This document shows positions 57,411 to 64,000 of a stretch of DNA of 64,000 bases, piece after piece. Each line of letters starts with the position of its first letter. Position 1 is the first letter of the stretch. The notes beneath the pieces were generated by a model that searched no databases, was not told where the DNA came from, and saw only the letters and a list, made by a program, of their open reading frames with translations. The DNA is from the human T2T-CHM13v2.0 reference genome, Homo sapiens, in assembly GCF_009914755.1 (NCBI RefSeq), contig NC_060927.1; one strand, written 5' to 3'. The position numbers and the translations under genes were made by a program.

Positions 57411-58639
57411 TGAGGATGAATGAATTTTATTGGTCCTGCTTGGGTCACCTAGCAACTGCCACAGGGCCGATATCTCTGACTGGAAAAAGGGCTGGGTGAC
57501 ATAGGTTAGAGACAATTTTGGTAAGCCCACACTTGTAAATCTAGTGAGAGGGTAAGTTGGTTGAGAATTAGTCTCCTGCATATATACCTATATGTCCACA
57601 TAGTCCACATGTGGGTTAGCTACCCGAGTCAGAAGGAACTTATCTCAAGTGTGGTGGACTATTCATTTTTCCTTTTGGTTATTTTCAATTTGGTCTGTAT
57701 TACATATTATTGGTAGGGTTATTATCACTGATGGCTCTAAAAGGAAGTAGTAACCACACAGATAACTGAACCTATGAGCTTATACACCTAAAAAAGAAAG
57801 GTCAGAGCAAATCTCCGTACCAGTTTCAGTGTGGAGATGACAGACACTGGGTTTTCACCATCCTCCTGAGGCTTACCTCTGGCAGGTGCCACCTGTCTAG
57901 GAGGACATACTAGCTACCATATATTCTTGCTAATTTGGAATGGTGTAGCTTTGCTCTAACGTCTCTTTTTCAGGTTGTAAGATCTAGTTCCTGCAAAAAG
58001 ATTGGACAATAATGGGTGTAAAACAGCTCAATTGGATTTATATTACAGAAATGCTACTCCTTGACATTAGTCATCTCATTTTGAATGTTCTTGAATTAAT
58101 TCCAGCAATAATAACCACATTTATCTATTTTTAGCAAATTGGCACTTTGTAAAATATTTGCTCTAAATGTAGAATATTGGTAATTAGCCTTACATCCATT
58201 ATTTATAATTCCAGTTCCAATAACTATTCAAAAATGTTATTTTAAAATGAAAGTTGGGAAGACCCTAATATCCTTTCATTAATGACTAGATAAAAGAGCT
58301 AGATGAGGCAAAGAAAAAAAATAAACAAAATGATCTCCAAAGGTTAAGCAAACTCAGAAATCGGTTGCTTTTATTAAGTGGCTGCAGAACTTCTTAGTCA
58401 GCATAACTAGGCTTGACTGGAACCTGTGAGGATGCATATCCTCTTCCTATTCTTACTTTGCTTTGATTCCGGAACCAATTTATCTGCTTGGAATATAAGC
58501 TGAGAATTAAATTCCTCTTAATGGCCAAACTAGTTCCTATAACAGCTGTTTCCAAGGGATTTATTCTACAGGTCTACACAAATTTTAATAGAGGCAATTG
58601 TCTCATTATTTACCTAAAAAGGAAAGAAAGAAAAAAATT

Positions 58640-58947
58640 GACTGGATATGGTGGCTCATGCTTGTAATCCCAGAAATTCGGGAGGCTGAGGCTGGAAGAT
58701 TACTCAGGAGTTCGAGACCAGCCTGGGAAACATAGTGAGACCTTGTTTCTACAAAAAATAAAAAAATTAGCTGGGTGTGGTGGTACATACCTGTAGTCCC
58801 AACTACTCTGAAGGCTGATGAGGAAGGATCTCTTCAGCCTAGGAGGTATAGGCTGCAGTGAGCTCTGATCACACCACTGCACTCCAGCCTGGGTGACAGA
58901 GCGAGACTCTGTCTCAAAATAAATAAATAAATAAATAAATAATAAAA
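58640..58947 (+). mobile_element. AluJ with (TAAA)n tail
   Basis: Diverged dimeric Alu. Confidence 0.92.
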
Positions 58948-59689
58948 ATTCCCCAGTTTCTAAATAATTAACTTGCAGTTAGATTTATTTGTCCATGTTG
59001 TACTGAGGGTAGCCCACTTTGGTTGTCCAGACTCTTACTAACATTCCAGTGGGGAAAGGAATAAGCATTGAGTTATATTTTGCATGGACATTGCATTTCG
59101 GTCTTTAAATCAATTTTAAAAAGTATTATTTTATTTGAGAGATGGGAAGGAATAAGAGACTTCATAAGGGAGAATGATATTGTCTTACTTAAAAAACACC
59201 AATTCTTTCTTTAGTAAAATCCAAACTGGGAGTTTGATCTATTCAAACGTCATTTTTTTTTCCTGAAATGCAACATCTGCAATATTTCCTTAACTCTCAA
59301 GGACTTGTTTATCCTAATAAAAGAGAAGGAAATTGTTTTCTCTATCACCTGGGAAAGTTACTCTGGAGAACTCAGGTTGGTATTAAATATTCATTTGAAA
59401 AAGTCTTTCACGATAATCCTCTTCAGTGTGCCTCAGGGCTTTGATTGCCTTTGGTTGAAAGACACAAGGTGGTAGCTTTTTGATAACTCAACCAGATTTG
59501 TGCATCCATAATGTTGGACAATTAACTGGAGAACTGTATAGAAAACCTAAGGACAAGAGTTCCTTGCTTACACATTCTTTCTTCCATCTTAAACTTTGTA
59601 CCTTACACCTCTTGAGTGAAACCAGTATGGAGGAGGAAATGAGGATTTCTATAACTGAAAAGGGAGAAGGAGACTAGAGTTATAAAATA

Positions 59690-59800
59690 AAATTACTCAG
59701 TTTGGAATTGGGCCATAACCTTCTAGTAAAAACTGTCATGGGATCGTTAATGACCACAGATGGCTCAGACCTCACTTCTGAACATCATCTGGAAAACACA
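59690..59800 (-). mobile_element. AmnSINE1/DeuSINE Deu-domain-like relic
   Basis: Minus strand GAGGTCTGAGCCATCTGTGGTCATTAACGATCCCATGACAGTTTT..TGGCCCAATTCCAAACTGAGTAATT resembles the recalled Deu core GAGGTCCTGACCACTTGTGGTCATTAAAGATCCCATGGCACTTTT..TGGCCAAATTCCAACTCGGGTAATT. Confidence 0.65.
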
Positions 59801-61499
59801 ATAAGCCCAAGAGAAACAGTATTCAGAAAAGAATCCAAGAAGTACTCTGCAGGACTAGGTATGAAAAGAAAAAAAAAAAAATAAGTGTGAGCACTAGTAT
59901 GCTTAAATATGCATAACCAAACTTAGGACTCAATTCAGTTTTTATCTTCACTTAGTGGAACGAAACTATTGATTCTTAGCTAAAAAGAGAACTGCCAATT
60001 TTGCTGTCATGGTTGTTGCCATATCTTATGCTAGACCAAATCTTTCAGCAATGAATGGTTTTCCTGCAAGCTTCTACCGTTCTCCTGCATTATCATTCCC
60101 GTGTCATTGGAAACTGATTGGTTTGTGTACATACTTAAGTCTATTTTATTAATCATATCTTACCAAAATTGTTACTTTTGCTCAACCTGGATATATAGTA
60201 AAACTCCATCTGTAAAGAATCAAACCATGAGAATCATAAGAATACCAATAGGAAAATTAACTTTCCATTATTCAAGGTCTCCAAATATTAAAAATATTAT
60301 TTTTCCTTTTACTCTTTGTGGTTCCCTCAAAAAGTGTCATGTTGAACTAACTATCTTCTTTGCAAATTAGACTTTCTACTCCCCTACTCTTAACAATATC
60401 TTTGAGAGATCCCAGCACATTCTCAGTTTCCCAGCTCATAACAGAAATAATTGATTACTCTCCTTCTGTTATAAAAGTCATACTATCAGTTACCAAATTC
60501 TTTTTGTAATGTATTTCACATATGCTCTTTTCATCTTCTGCCAGTCTTTCTTAACCAGCATTCCAGAAGAGAGCCAAACCCAACCCTTAAAGCCCTAAGG
60601 CCCTAATGTCCATATGTATGTAATGAGTTAATCCCTCTCTTGTGCATCTAGATGGGTACCAGTTATATACCATCCTTGGAAGAAGAGAAAATAGTCACTC
60701 ATTTTCATGTTCTGTGGTTCAGATGAGAAACTCCAGGTGAAAAAAGGCTGGACAGTTACCAAAATTCTCTACATATTGCCTGCTGGCTAATCTTACGTTT
60801 AATCCCCCCTTTCCCCAAATTTCAATGGTTTCTCTTTGTTTACAAGGTTAATTCTAATTTATTTACTTATGGTTGTGTTTCAAGGCTCCTTAGGATCTAT
60901 TACCAATTTCCTATTCTTGTCTTATCTCCTAGTGGCTCTGGCATTGACTAGGCTTGTGAATTTAAATAAATTTAGTCTCTCTCAGTTGTCATTTCCTTTT
61001 ACGTAAAACGAAAGTATTGAATGAAATCATCTCTAAGGCTTTCCAACTTTTAACAAACATGTTCTATAGCAAAATGCCTCTTTTACTTGGATATTCTGTC
61101 CCACCCAGACTTAGTATAAATTTAAGTATTAATTTTCCTATAATTTTGTTCATTGTTACCGCCACTACTTGAAAAGTCCCCTTTTGGGCCTAGCTCAATC
61201 TTGCCTAAACTCCGGGCCCTGAATCAAGACTTATCTCATTTGTGAGGGCTTTCCTGACTAACGCAGTTCTCCATGACCTGTTTTGCCTCTTAGATCTTTT
61301 GCAGCACATACTACCTGTCCTTTGCTTTGGCATTCATCAAGCAGAGCCTTAACCATCCATTTGCGTTTTTATGTACCTGATTCTGCCAAGTAGTTTGCAA
61401 ACTCTTTAAGGGTAAGATATCCAGTACAGTGCATGACTCAAGAAACACATATTGTATCTACTCTGTGATAAGCTCTGTATTAGACTCTAAGGGAATGTA

Positions 61500-63195
61500 C
61501 AAGCCAAATAATTTCTCAGAAAGACAGGTGGAACCATCTTGCATTACCTCTCTGGGACATTTGACATCATGAAACATACCTTGCCTCTTGAATCTCTTTA
61601 TTTTCTTGGCTTTCATAACACTTGATACTGCTGGCTTTTCCCACCTACACCTTTGGTTGCACTTTTTTCCCATGCTTGGCTTCTCTTTTCTACCAACCTC
61701 TGAAAAGTTGGTGTTATTCAGCGTTTTGTCCTTATACTTGCATGTTCTTACTCAACACAAGTTCTGTGAATAATCTAATTTGTGCCCATAAGTCTCACTT
61801 GGACTAGTGAATCTCAAATTCTCCAGGCTCTCCATCCAAACCTACTTCCTTGGCTCTAGAGCTTTATATCTTACTGTCTACTGGAAATATTTTGCTGACC
61901 CGCAGGAACCCCAATCTCAACAGGTCTTAAAAGTAAGTCACCATGTCTTGCTCCCAAATCTCTTCCCCTTTCTTATCCAGTCATGTAATTCAGAAACAGA
62001 ACCCTTATATCTTCTTTTTTTCATTGGATGCTACTGTTCTTTCTCTGGTTTCTATAAGTAAAAACCAAATAAATAAAAAACCTTTTCATTCCTTCCTTTC
62101 TTTCCTCCTCTCAAAAATATGTCATTCATGCAAGATGAGGGCATAGTAAAAATATAAATAAACAAAAGAAAGAAATATGTCTTGACTCTATCCACTCCAT
62201 CTCCAGTCAGCTCTAACCCAGCCATTTTTCATGGAGACTAATGCAATACTCTACCCCTATAATCAACTTCTTCTACCCTCAACCCTTTACAATCTTTCCC
62301 TCAGCAGCCAGAGTGCTATTTTGAAAAGCGTCTATAAGATTGTGTATCTCCCCTATTTAAAAATCTTTGATAGCATCCCATTCCACGTAGAATCAAAACC
62401 AAACTTAATACAAGGCCTAAGAAATCCTACATTATCCAGGCTTTGCCTCCTTTTCTAGTTTCTGCTTAACAACCATGCGCCTCTTGGTCACCAAGTCTGT
62501 TGGCCTCTTTTTAGTTTTTAAAACACATAAAACATGTTCACACTTCAAGGCCTTTGCATGTGTTGCTCCCTGTGCACAGAATACTCTTTCTCTGGCTCTT
62601 TACTTGAGAAGCCTTTCCATCTGAGTGGTGTCCAAGTCACTCTCTAACACATCACACTTTTTTTTTTTTTTATCTTTTTGGGATGCTCTCAATCTGATTT
62701 TTTTTAAAAAGTATTTACTTTTCAATATTCTGGTCACTGCCTATCTCTTCAAGCTTTAAAACCCACCCCTCTTCACATCCCAGACTCTATTGCAATTGTG
62801 TTATTTCATGGAATGGTCCATATTATTTCATCCTTTCTCTCTTTCTAAACACTGTTCCTTTTGTCTGTAATGTCTTCCTTCCTCTCCTTTTCTACATGAC
62901 ACATTTCCTGTTTATTTCCGTGATAATAAACAGGAAATATGTGGCTGCAGTTATTTTCTTCTTTATGGAGACTCTCTGATCCTCCAGCCTAATACAATTA
63001 TTCTTCGTTTTGTGCCTTATGTCTAGTACATACCTGTATTACAACATTCAATAGACTTTATTATACGTATTCATGTATATGTCTATCTCTTTTGCTATAC
63101 CAGGAGCTCCTTTCAGGTAGGAGTTATGTCCATGTATAGATCTAGTTGAATGCTTTGCACACTATGGTTTCTCATTAAATTTGAGTTGAATAAGT
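61500..63195 (+). mobile_element. L2 LINE relic(s)
   Basis: cagcagccagagtgctattttgaaa; caaggcctttgcatgtgttgctccct; 3' end ctcattaaatttgagttgaat. Confidence 0.7.
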
Positions 63196-64000
63196 GCAGC
63201 CTATAAAATGAACAAATACCAGTGTCCAGTGAGTAGTATGAGATGGCAAAATTTGGTTAGGACTAAGGCAAAGGTTGGCCAGCTTACAATGATCAGTCAT
63301 GGAAACTGTTCACTTCTGGCACAGTCCATAATTGGGCAGCTAATAGATATTTCACACAGAGCTAAGACCATACAGACTTGGATTTCACCCAAGTGATACC
63401 AGCTGGTTGCTTCAGCAAATAATGGTCACCATTTTATAGAGAGATACTTTAGTATAGTCAGAAAGATAGCCGTCCTTGACACTATAAACTTCTTAATATC
63501 TGGGCTAAGGATGAGTACTCACTGTAAAATATACAGCTATATCATTTTAGCCAATTATTCTGCTTCCTAAGCTTGGTGCTGAACAGTTAGCCTTTCCTCA
63601 CATTTAAAGCTTGTATCTTCTGGTACTCCTCCCACAGGAATCCTGGTGAGGTTTCAGATCTTCCCCTTTGTCAATAATATAATTTATAGTTACATGTACA
63701 CTGTCTCTTACCTTCTCTAGTTAAAAAACTATGTACAATAACGCTTAGTTGTTGCTATTTTTTCTTGTCCCCCTTTATTATGGGGGAAGTATCCATCTGT
63801 CTGATGTTATTCTATCTATCCCCAAACCAATAAACAAAGGAAAAATGCTAGTAGATTTTCCTAAAGGGAAATAAAACTACAAACGGCCAGAAAATCAATG
63901 ACTTCTCAACCCTAACTTATGTCTCCTACACACAAAAATATAATTCCTGGGGGACGGATCTGGGAAGGAATGGGCTTCCCCTTATAATTCTGGTGAGGGA

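Overview
Primate (almost certainly human) genomic DNA: AT-rich, CpG-poor and dense in interspersed repeats. The only recognisable gene is GAP43 (neuromodulin) on the + strand. Its promoter and purine-rich 5' leader lie at ~47.3-47.8 kb, coding exon 1 (MLCCMRRTKQ) at 47837-47866, and intron 1 runs from 47867 past the window end. The ~47 kb upstream is intergenic: Alus, MIR/L2/L3 relics, a solo LTR8A, a nested MLT1H provirus, THE1, MER DNA transposons and L1s, one of them twin-primed. The listed six-frame ORFs look spurious or repeat-derived. I see no new multi-gene system. The best leads are regulatory: an AmnSINE1/Deu-domain-like relic in intron 1, an RE1/NRSE-like site just after exon 1, uORFs gated by start-site choice, G4/H-DNA tracts, and a perfect hairpin carrying two FOX:ETS motifs. 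Repeat family names come from recalled consensus sequences, not database searches, and old-repeat boundaries are approximate.
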